From: Acidobacteriota bacterium
GTDB taxonomy: Bacteria > Acidobacteriota > CAIWXX01
Length of the DNA stretch: 64,000 bases
Assembly (NCBI GenBank): GCA_040755995.1
Contig: JBFMAF010000024.1
Coordinates: 224,001-288,000, forward strand
Reading direction: 5' to 3'
The notes beneath the pieces are model-generated. The model did no database searches. It worked only from the letters and a program-made list of their open reading frames with translations, and was not told the DNA's origin. Of the stretch, positions 34,825 to 45,221 are shown one piece after another. Numbering within the stretch: the stretch's first letter is position 1; each line of letters begins with the position of its first letter. A program made the position numbers and the translations under genes.

Positions 34825-37800
34825 ATGGCCGTCAATCGAGAGAAGATAAACAAGAACGCCGAGAAGCACATCAAGGCCGGGCGGCTCGAGGCCGCGATCT
34901 CCGAGTACCTGATTCTTCTCAAGGAGAATCCGAAAGACTGGCAGACTCGGAACCAGGTCGGCGACCTGTATGCCCGGCTGGGGAAGGTGAGAGAGGCCGT
35001 CCATCACTGGACGGAGATGGCCGAGTTCTACGCGCAGGACGGCTTCCTCCTGAAAGCCATCGCCATGTACGGCAAGGTCAGGCGAATCGATCCGAATAAC
35101 CTGAACATAGTCCTGAAGCTCGCTGATCTGAATGCGAAACAGGGCCTGATCAACGACGCGCGCGACCTGTACGTCGATGTCGCGGGCCAGTTCCAGACGC
35201 AAGGCAAGATCGATGACGCGCTGAATGTTTACAGGCGCATCGTCGACATCGATCGCGACAACATCAAAATCCGGATCAAGCTTGCAGAGCTTTACGCCAA
35301 AGAGAAGATGATGGCGGAGGCTGTCGAGGAGTTCACGCGAGCCGCCGAGGAGCTCCAGCGACGCGGGCAGACCGAGGAGTGCGTACAGGTCCTGAACCAG
35401 GCCATGGCCATGGATCGCGGCAACCCTCAGGCCGTTCTGGCACTGGCCAAGGTAATGTCCAACGCAGGCCAGCAGAAGGAGGCCCTGCACGCCGTCGAAG
35501 AGGCGCTGCAAGCCAACGCGAACTCACCGCTCCTTCTCAAGTTCCTCGGCGAGACGTATCTCAAAGCTCAGGACTTCGGCAACGCAGAGAAATTCTACAA
35601 GCGCCTGGTGGAGACCGACCCGACAGAAACCCAGAATCTGCTCGCGCTGGGCCAGCAGTACCTCAAGCGCAATCAACTCGAACGCGCACTCGACCTCTTC
35701 GAGCCGGTCGTCAATGTGCTGGTCAAACAGCGTGAAGGCGAGAAGGCCATCGGACTGCTGCGCACCATTCTGAACGTCAGCTCGAGCCACATCCCGACCC
35801 TCAGGAAGCTCGTCGATATTTACCAGACTTTCAAACAGCGTACGAACCTCATCGCCGCGCTCAGTTCTCTCTCGGATGCGCTGTATGCCTCAGGCGACAG
35901 CCAGGCCGCGCTGGCTGCCATGCAGCAGGTGATCGACCTCGACCCGGAGAACTACTCACATCGCGAGAAGCTGGTGAAGATCCAGGGCGAGAAAGAGGCA
36001 CAGGCCCCGCAGGCGCCCGCGGCCGCCGGCCGTCCGTCCGCCGCGCCGGTCGAGGCACCCGAGGTCGAGAGGCCTCTCCCGCCGAGGCCGCCCGCGCGAC
36101 CCAAGCCCCCTCGACTGGACACGGACGAAGGCGTCCCGGCCCAGGTACTCGAGTACCTCACCGAGGCCGATGTCTTCACGCGCTACAACCTCGTCGACAA
36201 GGCCCTGGAACAACTTCTCGCAGCGATCAAGCTCGATCCGCGCAACTGCCGCGCACACACCCACCTGCGCGAGATCTACCAGGAGAAAGGGTACATCCCA
36301 GAGGCCATCGCAGAGAGCATCACGGTTTCGGAGATACTGCAGGAGCAGGGGGAGATCGACGCGGCGCGAGAGGTTCTCATGGAGGCGTCGCAACTCGATC
36401 CGACCTCCGCGCCGCTGCGGTCGCGAATGGAGGCGCTCGAGCGCGGAGCCGCTCCGCCTCCGGAACCTGCGCGCGCCCGGGCCAAACCCGGCGCTGCGCC
36501 GCCGGCCGCCAGGCCCGCCAAGGCGGCCAGGGTGGAAGAGGAGGAGGAGTTTGAGATAGACCTGACGCTGCTGGAGGCGGTGGAGCAGCCGGAGGAGCCC
36601 TCGCGGCTCCTGAGAGAAGTCGAGGAGGTGAAGGAGGAGGAGCCCGCCACGGCCGCGCTCCCGCCGGAGGACTTCGTCGAGGCGATTGACGAGGTGCCCG
36701 AGCTGGTGGATGAGATCGGCACCGGGGCCGCCGTCTCGGAATTCGAACAGACGATTCGTACGAGCCGCGAAGCGGTGGAAGCCAGACGGGAGGAAGAAGA
36801 GGTCGGGCTGCTGGACGAGTTCGGACCCGGGGCGGAAGGAGCTGCCGCCGAAGTGATCGAGCTGCCGGAAGAACCGGTCGAGATCGAGCCGGCACTGGCG
36901 GAGGGCCCCGAGGAAGTGGCAGCGCTGGAAATGCCGGAGCTGGTGGAGGAAGAACGACTTGAGGTCGAGGAGCGCCCGGTGTTCGGGGAGCCTCAGGAGG
37001 TCGAGATGCCGGAGATCGACCTCGAAGCGCTTGCGCTGGAGGTCGAGGCAGCGCCGAAGCCTGGGAAGCCCGCGGCGCCGCCGCCACCGGTGGCACCTCT
37101 GGCACCGCCCGCCGTAGCGAAGCCCGCCGTGCCGCCGACACCAGTGGCGCCTCCGGCACCGCCCGCAGTGGTGAGACCCGCGGCGCCGCCAACACCGATG
37201 GTGCCTCCGGCACCGCCCGCTGTAGTGAAGCCCGCCGTGCCGCCCGCGCCGGTCGCGCCACCGAAACCGCCTGTGCGCGCGCCCGTTGCGCAACCTCCTG
37301 TGGTGGCCAAGCCGGCGCCACCGCCACCCATCGTGAAGGCGCCGATCCCGGAAATCACGCCGCCGCGCCCGCCAGTCGTCCAGCGACCGATGCCAACGCC
37401 TCCCCCGCCCGTGGCCAGGCCCACGCCGTCTTTCGCAGAGGACATCCCGGAGTTGCGTGACCTCATCGAAGAGGTCGCGCGGCTGAACGTGCATCTGGAG
37501 CCGCCCAGGCCGCCTGCGAGTGCGCCGCCGCCTCCTCCCGTCGCGCCGGTTCCGCCGGTGGTGACGAGACCGCCGGAGATAATGGCGGCGAAGCCGCCCG
37601 TGAGGCTGGGCACGGAGGCTCCGCTGACTCTGGACGAGGTTCTGCTGGAGGACATTGCGGAGCTGGAAGCAATCGTGAAGGATGCGGCCAAGGGTTTGCA
37701 GCCGAGGCCCGCAGGAGTTGCGCGGGGGCCGGCAGGAATTGCAGAAGAAGAAGCGGCCGATTTGATCTCGACATTGGATGAGATCGAGGAGGTTGGGGAG

Positions 37801-38556
37801 GTTGAGGCGGCGGAGGTGATGGCGGCTGACCTCTCGCAAGCGCCGATCGCCCCCGGCCTCGAGGAAGCGCTCGCGGGAGCTCCGGCCGTCCGCGAAGAGG
37901 TGCCCACGCTGGACCTGGAAGACAGGGTCGACATCACCGCCGTGACGATGGCACCTCCGGAGCCGGCGGCGCGGATCGAGGCGGCTGCCGAGCCGGAGAA
38001 ATTCTTCGATCTGGGTAGCGAGCTCGAGGCGGACCTGCTGAAGGCCGAGGCGGTGAGGGCGGCTGGCGAGGGGGAGATCGTCACAGACGAGAGCCAGTCG
38101 TACCAGGAGAAGAGCCTGGAGGAGCTCTTTACGGAATTCAAGCGCGGGATTGACAAGCAGCTCGGCGAAGAGGATTTCGACACGCGCTACAATCTTGGGA
38201 TCGCCTACAAGGAAATGGGGCTGATCGACGAGGCCATCGGGCAATTCCAGATCGCGGCTCGCGACCCGACGAAGTTTCTCGAGTGCTGCTCGCTGCTCGG
38301 CCTCTGTTTCCTCGAGAAAGGTATGCCCAAGCAGGCTGTGTCGTGGTTGAAGAAGGGGATCGAATCGCCCGGTCATAAAGACGAGGAGTACCAGGGACTC
38401 CGCTACGATCTCGGGTTGGCCTATGAGCAGTGCGGCGAGTATGGCAAGGCGATGGAGGCTTTCCGTGATGTCTTCGGATTCAATGCGAACTACAGGGCGG
38501 TAGGGGAGAAGATCAAGGAACTCGAGGCCCATCTGGCTCGAAGCAAACGGTCGTGA
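34825..38556 (+). CDS. Large TPR protein with acidic/Pro-rich linker (SgmX-like architecture)
   Basis: N-terminal TPR array, Glu- and Pro-rich middle, C-terminal TPRs with DTRYNLGIAYKEMGLIDEAI. Confidence 0.85.
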   Translation: MAVNREKINKNAEKHIKAGRLEAAISEYLILLKENPKDWQTRNQVGDLYARLGKVREAVHHWTEMAEFYAQDGFLLKAIAMYGKVRRIDPNNLNIVLKLADLNAKQGLINDARDLYVDVAGQFQTQGKIDDALNVYRRIVDIDRDNIKIRIKLAELYAKEKMMAEAVEEFTRAAEELQRRGQTEECVQVLNQAMAMDRGNPQAVLALAKVMSNAGQQKEALHAVEEALQANANSPLLLKFLGETYLKAQDFGNAEKFYKRLVETDPTETQNLLALGQQYLKRNQLERALDLFEPVVNVLVKQREGEKAIGLLRTILNVSSSHIPTLRKLVDIYQTFKQRTNLIAALSSLSDALYASGDSQAALAAMQQVIDLDPENYSHREKLVKIQGEKEAQAPQAPAAAGRPSAAPVEAPEVERPLPPRPPARPKPPRLDTDEGVPAQVLEYLTEADVFTRYNLVDKALEQLLAAIKLDPRNCRAHTHLREIYQEKGYIPEAIAESITVSEILQEQGEIDAAREVLMEASQLDPTSAPLRSRMEALERGAAPPPEPARARAKPGAAPPAARPAKAARVEEEEEFEIDLTLLEAVEQPEEPSRLLREVEEVKEEEPATAALPPEDFVEAIDEVPELVDEIGTGAAVSEFEQTIRTSREAVEARREEEEVGLLDEFGPGAEGAAAEVIELPEEPVEIEPALAEGPEEVAALEMPELVEEERLEVEERPVFGEPQEVEMPEIDLEALALEVEAAPKPGKPAAPPPPVAPLAPPAVAKPAVPPTPVAPPAPPAVVRPAAPPTPMVPPAPPAVVKPAVPPAPVAPPKPPVRAPVAQPPVVAKPAPPPPIVKAPIPEITPPRPPVVQRPMPTPPPPVARPTPSFAEDIPELRDLIEEVARLNVHLEPPRPPASAPPPPPVAPVPPVVTRPPEIMAAKPPVRLGTEAPLTLDEVLLEDIAELEAIVKDAAKGLQPRPAGVARGPAGIAEEEAADLISTLDEIEEVGEVEAAEVMAADLSQAPIAPGLEEALAGAPAVREEVPTLDLEDRVDITAVTMAPPEPAARIEAAAEPEKFFDLGSELEADLLKAEAVRAAGEGEIVTDESQSYQEKSLEELFTEFKRGIDKQLGEEDFDTRYNLGIAYKEMGLIDEAIGQFQIAARDPTKFLECCSLLGLCFLEKGMPKQAVSWLKKGIESPGHKDEEYQGLRYDLGLAYEQCGEYGKAMEAFRDVFGFNANYRAVGEKIKELEAHLARSKRS
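37069..37284 (+). repeat. Four ~54-bp in-frame tandem repeats (18-aa Pro-rich units)
   Basis: Units start at 37069, 37123, 37177, 37231 (PA.PP.P..P..PPAV.K/R); the fourth diverges at its end. Confidence 0.8.
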
Positions 38557-38822
38557 GTCCCACCTGGGCGCTCTACTCGTACATCATCTGCTCGTACGCA
38601 GCAGGCATAGTGCTGTGCCTCGCTCCATGGTCCACCCTCTGGGACCACAACTACTTCGTCGAGCTCCTGGGGATTCGCGACACGATTGCGAGCGGCTGGG
38701 TGCGCGGCGCCATCAGCGGGCTGGGGGCGGTGAACCTGATGCTGGCCATCCGATCGATTCTCTCGATCTCGAAGCTCCCGGCCAAGACGACCGATGCCGG
38801 GCAACATGAAATCGAGGTGTGA
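38553..38822 (+). CDS. Small membrane protein
   Basis: GTGA overlap with TPR gene; TM segments, PWS.LWDHNYF, VRGAISGLG.VNL. Confidence 0.7.
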   Translation: MSPTWALYSYIICSYAAGIVLCLAPWSTLWDHNYFVELLGIRDTIASGWVRGAISGLGAVNLMLAIRSILSISKLPAKTTDAGQHEIEV

Positions 38823-38823
38823 G

Positions 38824-39576
38824 GTGCTATCCACGAATCGCTTGACATTCCGGGAGGTGCGAGCAGCGCTGTTTCGCACGAAGCACGGGTTCTTCCTGTT
38901 GTTCGGCGCTCTCTTCGGCGGCATCCCAACGGTGATTTCCGTCTTCTTCGCGATCGGCATGCTCAATGAACGTGCGATCCTGCGGGACGGGCATCCGGCC
39001 ACGGCGACGGTCAAGGGAAAGCATATCAGCTCGGACAGCGACAGCACCTCGTACTACGTCGTATACGAGTTCCGGGCGGCGAACGGGCGGACGTACGGAG
39101 GCCAGAGGAGTGCCGACAATCGAACCTACTACGCGACAGACGAGGGCTCGAGATTCACTCTGTACTACTCGCCCGAGGACCCGTTCGACATAGCGATCCC
39201 CGGCCACCCCGCCATGCCGTGGTGGGTCCTGCTGTTCCTGTCGCTGTTCATGGTCGTCGGAGGCACCCTCGCGTACTTCGGCGTGCGAGGTCTGCGGTCG
39301 AAACTACGCACATTCGGTTCCGGGCTTCAGGCTACGGCCAAGAATCTCGGCGTGCGCGAGGACCCGTCGATGCGCGTGAACAACAGGCCGTGCCGGTCGA
39401 TCGAGTTCTCCTTCAACGACTTTCAGGGCCGCTCCTACACATGCCGGTCCAGCTTCCTCAGCGACAAGATGCTCGCGTCGATCGAGGGCATGGAAGAGGT
39501 CCCCATCGTCTATCTGCCCGATCGCCCCGAAGAAGCCGACCTGGACCTCGACCGCCTCGCCGAGCGCGGCCTCTGA
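38824..39576 (+). CDS. DUF3592-like membrane protein (start approximate)
   Basis: Two TM + OB-like units (YYVVYEF..G..Y; YSPEDP; IVYLPDRP). Confidence 0.72.
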   Translation: MLSTNRLTFREVRAALFRTKHGFFLLFGALFGGIPTVISVFFAIGMLNERAILRDGHPATATVKGKHISSDSDSTSYYVVYEFRAANGRTYGGQRSADNRTYYATDEGSRFTLYYSPEDPFDIAIPGHPAMPWWVLLFLSLFMVVGGTLAYFGVRGLRSKLRTFGSGLQATAKNLGVREDPSMRVNNRPCRSIEFSFNDFQGRSYTCRSSFLSDKMLASIEGMEEVPIVYLPDRPEEADLDLDRLAERGL

Positions 39577-39614
39577 CCAAGGAAGCATGCGAGTCCGCTC
39601 TGCCCGCCCCCGGC

Positions 39615-39639
39615 GTAGAGAGTGGAGAGTAGAGAGTGG
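39615..39639 (+). repeat. Intergenic heptamer tandem repeat AGAGT(G/A)G; related copies at 926-943 and 29490-29522 (reverse)
   Basis: gtagagagtggagagtagagagtgg; similar arrays just after stop codons elsewhere in the window. Confidence 0.7.
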
Positions 39640-39749
39640 ACAGCTTTCGCGTGACTGGGACGCATCGCGCCAAGACTTGACCGGATCGCGAGAGGTTTCT
39701 TTCACGTCAAGCCATTCTAGATCGGACGAACGAGAGGAGGTACTGAGAG

Positions 39750-40922
39750 ATGGGCAAGCCGTCATCCTATCGCGAAGTTGTCTTCCGGCCGACACTCTGG
39801 AACAGGATCGAGGCCGAGGCGAAGCGACGGAGCGAGGGCGGGCAACCGCCTTACATGCTGCACATCGGCGATACTTGGCTGGATCTGCCGAAGGAGCTTT
39901 TCGAGCCGCTCGAGTATGAGCCCTGGGCCCAGATGCTCTCGCGCTACGGCTCGACTCAGGGACAGATCGAGCTCCGCGATCGACTCGCGACCAAGCTGAG
40001 ATTGAGGAACCGGCTCCCGGTGCAGGGGCCCGAGCAGGTTCAGATCACCTACGGCGCCACCGGCGGGCTCTTTCTCGTGCTGCACGGAATCCTCGAGAAG
40101 GACAGCGAAGTGCTGACGCTGTGCCCGTTCTGGCCGATCCTGCGGACACTGGCCGCCTGGGCGAACGTACGGCTGATCGAAGTGCCGTTCTTCGATCGCA
40201 TCACCACGGCTGCAGACGAGGTGGACATCGAGGCGATCCTGCGGCCGTTTCTGACCGACAGGACATCAGCCGTCTACTTCAACTACCCGAACAATCCCTG
40301 CGGCGTGTTCCTCCGACCCGGGCATCTCGAGCAGATCGCGCGCTTCGCCGCGAAGAACGACCTGTGGATCATCTCGGACGAGGCATACGAGGATTTCGTC
40401 TGGGTCGATGAACCATTCGTAAGCACAGGGGCGCTCCCGGGCGCGTTCGACCGTACGATCTCCGTGTTCACCTTCTCCAAGAGCTACGCCGCAGCCGGGC
40501 TGCGCCTTGGCTGCATCACCGGCCAGCTCGGCGTCGTGGCCACGCTCAATCCGCTCAACGTCGCCACCGGTTACGAACCCGGTCGCCTGGCGCAGGTCCA
40601 GTGGATTCGCGCGCTGGAGCGCCACGATGCCATCGTGAGCAGGCTGAGGCAGGCATACCGCGATGGGCTGCGCGCGGTGGAAACGAATCTTAAGGTGCCC
40701 TACTTGAGGCCCGAGGGCTCCTTCTACGTGTTCGTCGACCTTCGCGAAAGGTGGAAGGGACTGGACGAGTCGCAGAAGATGAGCAGGATGATCGAGGCAG
40801 GTGTCGTCCTGGCTCCTGGCGAAGCATTCGGAGCCGCCTACGACGGATGGGCGCGGTTCTGCTACACGGCTCTGCCGCCGGAAGAGATAGGCAAGGCCGC
40901 GCAGCGCGTTAACCGGCTCTAG
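39750..40922 (+). CDS. PLP-dependent aminotransferase class I/II
   Basis: NYPNNPCG, SDEAYEDF, FSKSYAAAGLRLG, PG.AFG. Confidence 0.92.
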   Translation: MGKPSSYREVVFRPTLWNRIEAEAKRRSEGGQPPYMLHIGDTWLDLPKELFEPLEYEPWAQMLSRYGSTQGQIELRDRLATKLRLRNRLPVQGPEQVQITYGATGGLFLVLHGILEKDSEVLTLCPFWPILRTLAAWANVRLIEVPFFDRITTAADEVDIEAILRPFLTDRTSAVYFNYPNNPCGVFLRPGHLEQIARFAAKNDLWIISDEAYEDFVWVDEPFVSTGALPGAFDRTISVFTFSKSYAAAGLRLGCITGQLGVVATLNPLNVATGYEPGRLAQVQWIRALERHDAIVSRLRQAYRDGLRAVETNLKVPYLRPEGSFYVFVDLRERWKGLDESQKMSRMIEAGVVLAPGEAFGAAYDGWARFCYTALPPEEIGKAAQRVNRL

Positions 40923-40944
40923 ACTTCCTCCGGAGGCGATCGGC

Positions 40945-41754
40945 ATGGAGCGAAAGATCGGATTCGCACAATTCGAACCCAGGTTCGGCGAAACGGATGC
41001 AAACCTGCGGGCGGTGGAGCGGCTGGCGGCGGAGGCCGCGGGCGCGGACCTGCTTGTGTTCCCGGAGCTCGCGGTCTCCGGCTACGAGTTCGTCGATCGC
41101 GATGAGCTCTTGTCGCTGGCCGAGCCATTCGGCGACGGGCCGACCTCGGTGCTCGCCAGGTCGTTGGCGATCTTGCACAACGCGGCGCTCGTCATCGGCT
41201 ATCCGGAGAGCTGCGGCGAAATGTTATACAATTCGTGCGTCATCGCTACACCCGACGGGCGGCTCGCGAACTATCGCAAGACGCATCTCTTCTCGCGCGA
41301 GACGGTCATGTTCGCGCGCGGAGAGGCCCCGCCTCCGGTCGTGCAGACGCCGGCCGGCCGAGTGGGCGTGATGGTTTGTTTCGACTGGGTGTTTCCAGAG
41401 GCCTCTCGAATTCTGGCGCTTGCCGGCGCCCAGATCATTGCGCATCCTTCCAACCTGGTGCTCCAGTTCTGCCAGCGCGTCATGTTCGCGAGGAGTGTCG
41501 AGAACGCCGTCTACTCGATCACTGCGAATCGGATCGGTACCGAGTCGCGAGCCGGCCGGACGTTGACGTTCACCGGGGCCAGCCAGATACTGAGTCCCCA
41601 AGGGGAGCTCCTGGCGCAGGCCCCGACCGACGCCGAATGCGTATCGATCGTGACCTCCGACATCTCGCGTGCAGACGACAAGCGAATGACCGAGTGCAAC
41701 GACCTGCTCGCCGACCGGCGCGTGGAGCTTTACGGAACTCTGCTGGATAGATGA
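40945..41754 (+). CDS. Carbon-nitrogen hydrolase (nitrilase family)
   Basis: Catalytic triad motifs FPE, YRKTHL, VCFDW.FPE. Confidence 0.93.
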   Translation: MERKIGFAQFEPRFGETDANLRAVERLAAEAAGADLLVFPELAVSGYEFVDRDELLSLAEPFGDGPTSVLARSLAILHNAALVIGYPESCGEMLYNSCVIATPDGRLANYRKTHLFSRETVMFARGEAPPPVVQTPAGRVGVMVCFDWVFPEASRILALAGAQIIAHPSNLVLQFCQRVMFARSVENAVYSITANRIGTESRAGRTLTFTGASQILSPQGELLAQAPTDAECVSIVTSDISRADDKRMTECNDLLADRRVELYGTLLDR

Positions 41755-41890
41755 AGGGGCCGTGCACAGCGCGGCTGACGCAGTGACACGGGGACGCGGA
41801 GAGGCGGAGACGTGGTGACCCGAAGATGCGCAAGCAGGGCCGCTGGATGCCGATTCATGCCGTGTGACTCCATGCTACAATAAGGGCGTC

Positions 41891-42586
41891 ATGAAGGTTC
41901 TACTCTTCAACCTCCCGCGTCATCTCGACGCCCTCCGCGCGGGCCTGCTGGCGCGCCCGCCGTTCGCCGTCGAGGAGGTCTCGAGGGCGGGCGAGCTGCT
42001 ACGCCGTCTGGAATCGACTCAGTTCGGGATGGTCATAATGAACCTGCCGGGCGACGGAATCGACATAGAACAAATCCTGCCTGTGATTCGATCGAGGGGT
42101 ATCCCGAGTGCGCGTTGCATTCTGATGTTGCTTGTGCCGGAGGCGCATCTGGAGGCGCGGCGGCCGCTGCTGAGCAGGGGAGTCAACGCGCTGCTTTCCG
42201 CGGCGGCGCAGACCGATGAGCTGGAGGCTGCCATAGCCCGGCAGATCGAGGTGGCGCCGAGGGTGAACGCCCGTGTCATGGTGCGCGTCAAGGCCAGGGT
42301 TCAGCTGGGTCAGGCGTCGTTCATCTTCCAAACGGTGAACGTCTCGGCCACAGGGATGTTCCTTGCCTGTGCCACCACTCTCCCGGTGGACTCCTTCTTC
42401 AGCTTCGAGCTGGTGCTGCCCGGCACATCGACACCTCTCGTCGGTGAGGCCCGTGTGGTGCGCCACGCTGCACACGGACGCGAAAGCTCGCTGGGCATGG
42501 GGACAAGCTTCACATCCCTGCGGCACGATGGCCGCCAGATACTTCAGAACTTCCTGGACAAGGCGCTGGCGGCGTCCTCCCGTTAG
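41891..42586 (+). CDS. Degenerate receiver domain fused to PilZ domain
   Basis: REC-like N-terminus lacking acidic residues; PilZ RVNAR and NVSATG motifs. Confidence 0.8.
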   Translation: MKVLLFNLPRHLDALRAGLLARPPFAVEEVSRAGELLRRLESTQFGMVIMNLPGDGIDIEQILPVIRSRGIPSARCILMLLVPEAHLEARRPLLSRGVNALLSAAAQTDELEAAIARQIEVAPRVNARVMVRVKARVQLGQASFIFQTVNVSATGMFLACATTLPVDSFFSFELVLPGTSTPLVGEARVVRHAAHGRESSLGMGTSFTSLRHDGRQILQNFLDKALAASSR

Positions 42587-42589
42587 GAA

Positions 42590-43669
42590 CTACAGACCGC
42601 GTCGGAAGCGCTTCGCGCGGCGCGCTTCGTCCCCGGGTAGGGCACCACCGGCGATGCCTCCTCGCGGAATGGTCTGCCACCGGATCGCAGCCGGCCTTCG
42701 CAGTGCATTCATGCGACCACGCAGCAACACCTCGATCAAGACGGCGGCGAGCTTGTCCGGATTGTGACGGATGAGCTCCTTCTGACTGATCAAGCCTCCG
42801 GCGATGACCTCGTACTGAAGCTGTGAGACCTCGTCCCGGGAGAACGTGACGAGATCCTGGTCCTGCCTGCGATACCTTCGAAGCAGCGATGCCGACGGGC
42901 GCCCGGTGTTCACGATGACCACGTCGATTACGCCCCGGCCCACATATCGTTCCATCTCGCTGACGAACGTGCGGACGGTGAACCCGTCGGTCTCGCCGGG
43001 CTTCGTCATTACATTGACCACGTATACGACGGTGGCGCGGGCCCGGCGCAGCGCCTCCGGAATGCCTTTCACCAGAAGGTTCGGGACGATGCTCGTATAC
43101 AGATCCCCTGGGCCGATCACTACCAGATCGGCCTGCTGGATGGCCTGCAGCGCGTCGCGTGTGGCCCGCGCCGCCGGCTGCAGCGCGACGCTCGATATGG
43201 GGTCGCCCTTGCCACGCGCGTCGATCCGTCCTTCGCCGTGGATCCTGCGGCCATTCTTCAGCGTCGCCACGAGGTGGGCGTCGGTCGTCGTCACCGGCAC
43301 GACCTTGCCGCGGATCGCCAGGATCTGCGCGGCCTCCTTGAGCGCCTCCGTGAAGTCGCCTGTGACCCCGACCAGGCCCGCCAAGAGGAGGTTGCCGAGC
43401 ACGTGCCCCTTGAGTTTGCCCTTCGGGAAACGATAAGTGAAGAGGTCTCGCATGAGCTGCGGCGATCCGGAGAGTGCAATCAGCGCCGGCCGAACGCTGC
43501 CGGGAGGCAGGATGCCGAGCTCGGTGCGAAGAGCGCCGGTGGAGCCTCCCGAATCGGCCATAGACACGACCGCAGTCAGGTCGATCGGGTACTTCTTCAG
43601 CCCCGTCAGGACGACATACGTACCGGTCCCACCGCCCATCACCACGACCCGAGACAACATCCTTCGCAT
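42590..43669 (-). CDS. yvcK: YvcK/UPF0052 (gluconeogenesis factor/GlmR) family protein
   Basis: GGGTG, D.GGSTG.LR, GH..GNL, GPGDLYTSIVPNL, TKPGET. Confidence 0.9.
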   Translation of the reverse strand: MRRMLSRVVVMGGGTGTYVVLTGLKKYPIDLTAVVSMADSGGSTGALRTELGILPPGSVRPALIALSGSPQLMRDLFTYRFPKGKLKGHVLGNLLLAGLVGVTGDFTEALKEAAQILAIRGKVVPVTTTDAHLVATLKNGRRIHGEGRIDARGKGDPISSVALQPAARATRDALQAIQQADLVVIGPGDLYTSIVPNLLVKGIPEALRRARATVVYVVNVMTKPGETDGFTVRTFVSEMERYVGRGVIDVVIVNTGRPSASLLRRYRRQDQDLVTFSRDEVSQLQYEVIAGGLISQKELIRHNPDKLAAVLIEVLLRGRMNALRRPAAIRWQTIPRGGIAGGALPGDEARRAKRFRRGL

Positions 43670-43881
43670 CTCTGGCAGTCTACCGAAGACAGGGCCGGAG
43701 CTCAATCCCAGGCACATCGCGGCGTCACGGCCGCGATTCGGCGGCGCGCTCCGAGGCTCACCTGATGCGGCAGGAACAGGGGACTGCGGGCGAGGTTGAA
43801 TGCCGCCACCCTGGGATTGTACGATCTAGTAGCGCGAGCGTGAACGAGAGGGATTGAAGTAACCAACAGGAGGGTGGGCTC

Positions 43882-44523
43882 ATGGCCATAGACCCGAGGC
43901 GTCGTCAGAAGCAACTGGCGCGGAAAGCGGCCAAGCGAAAGGCGGTCCTGCAGAAGCGAGCGAAGGCAGCCGGAGGGCAAGCAGCGCTTCTCCGACAGAT
44001 CGCACTCGCCCCCATCTACGAGTGTCTCGTGCCCAGGCAGCTTTTCGAAATCGGGATCGGGGATGTCATCCTGAGCCGGAGGCTGGCGGATGGGAGCCTC
44101 ATGGTGTCGATCTTCCTCGTCGATGTCTTCTGTCTGGGCGTCAAGAGCGCATTGGTGGCCGTAACCTCGCCGGCGGACTACCGGGAGAAAGTATCCGCGA
44201 TGAGCGCCAACGAGGTGCTGGAACCGGTCGCACCGGAATACCTGAGGCGGCTTGTTGAAGAAGCGGTCGAGTACGCGGGGGGCCTCGGAATCCCGCCGCA
44301 CCCAGACTACCGCGAGGCAGCTGCCCTCTTCGGGAACATCGACGCTACTGCGTGTGACGAGACCTTCGAGTTCGGCTACCAGGGGAAGCCGATGTTCGTG
44401 AACGGACCGCATGACAGCCCGGCGTTCTGCAACAGAGTCCTGCAGACACTGAGGGAGCGGCTCGGCGACGATGGATTCCACTTCATGCTGGGTGGCCCTG
44501 AGGATGGGACGGCCTGCTACTAG
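43882..44523 (+). CDS. Conserved hypothetical protein
   Basis: AGGAGG RBS; basic N-terminus, FLVDVFCLGVK, PHPDY, GKPMFVNGPHD; coding-like composition. Confidence 0.75.
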   Translation: MAIDPRRRQKQLARKAAKRKAVLQKRAKAAGGQAALLRQIALAPIYECLVPRQLFEIGIGDVILSRRLADGSLMVSIFLVDVFCLGVKSALVAVTSPADYREKVSAMSANEVLEPVAPEYLRRLVEEAVEYAGGLGIPPHPDYREAAALFGNIDATACDETFEFGYQGKPMFVNGPHDSPAFCNRVLQTLRERLGDDGFHFMLGGPEDGTACY

Positions 44524-44993
44524 TAGAGGCAGGCCGTGACGGTTGGTCCCGGCTTAGCGGCTGAGACCGCCCTGCTCGACGCGCGGCCTATGACAGGAGA
44601 ACGATCTGGGACTGCCGTTCGACGGTCTGGCCATCAGCCATTCGTACGGACCCGCGGGGCCTGCTGCGAGTGGCGAGGATCGCGACGGCACCCGCATGAG
44701 GTGACCGGAACACGCCAGCGCTGAATGCGGGAGCCGCCGAGCGGCGGCCTTCACCCGCTACCACCGCCGCGGGCTGTCGGCCCCTGTCGCGCATCGCCAC
44801 GCACCCCGCTTCAAAGAGACAGCCAAGCGACGCAGTGCGTCATGCGCGGCAGCAAAGGCGAACCCGTGTTGTCCGCGCGCCCGGCGCTCTGTATAATGAT
44901 CGCATGGATCGTCGTGCAGCTGGCGGCCCAGGCCGTGCGTCCGAGGCACTGCCGTCGCTGCCGCTCAACCGGTGCGCAAAGGGAGACCAGGCG

Positions 44994-45221
44994 GTGCACG
45001 GCCGGCACGATCGGGCTCTTGACGTTCTCTCGGACTTGCTCGCCACCCCGGCGCCCGACCGGGAACGGAGGATAGCCAAGCTGGCCAAGCCCATGTTGGT
45101 GCGGCTGCTGGCCATAGCTATCCGGGACAGCGAGCGGGAGAAGACAGAGCTGAAAGACGAGGTCGATTGCGTGAGCCGGCGCCTCAAGGCGGTCGAGACG
45201 CCGGGTGCGAAGGAGCAGTGA
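44994..45221 (+). CDS. Small hypothetical coiled-coil protein (start uncertain)
   Basis: GGGAG RBS before GTG 44994; TGATG coupling to kinase gene. Confidence 0.4.
   Translation: MHGRHDRALDVLSDLLATPAPDRERRIAKLAKPMLVRLLAIAIRDSEREKTELKDEVDCVSRRLKAVETPGAKEQ

Noticed and set aside
35956..38532. 858-aa minus-strand ORF and other long antisense ORFs (e.g. 60703-62925, 27421-28848, 46933-48312)
   Set aside because: Antisense shadows of well-supported genes in high-GC DNA, with no motifs of their own
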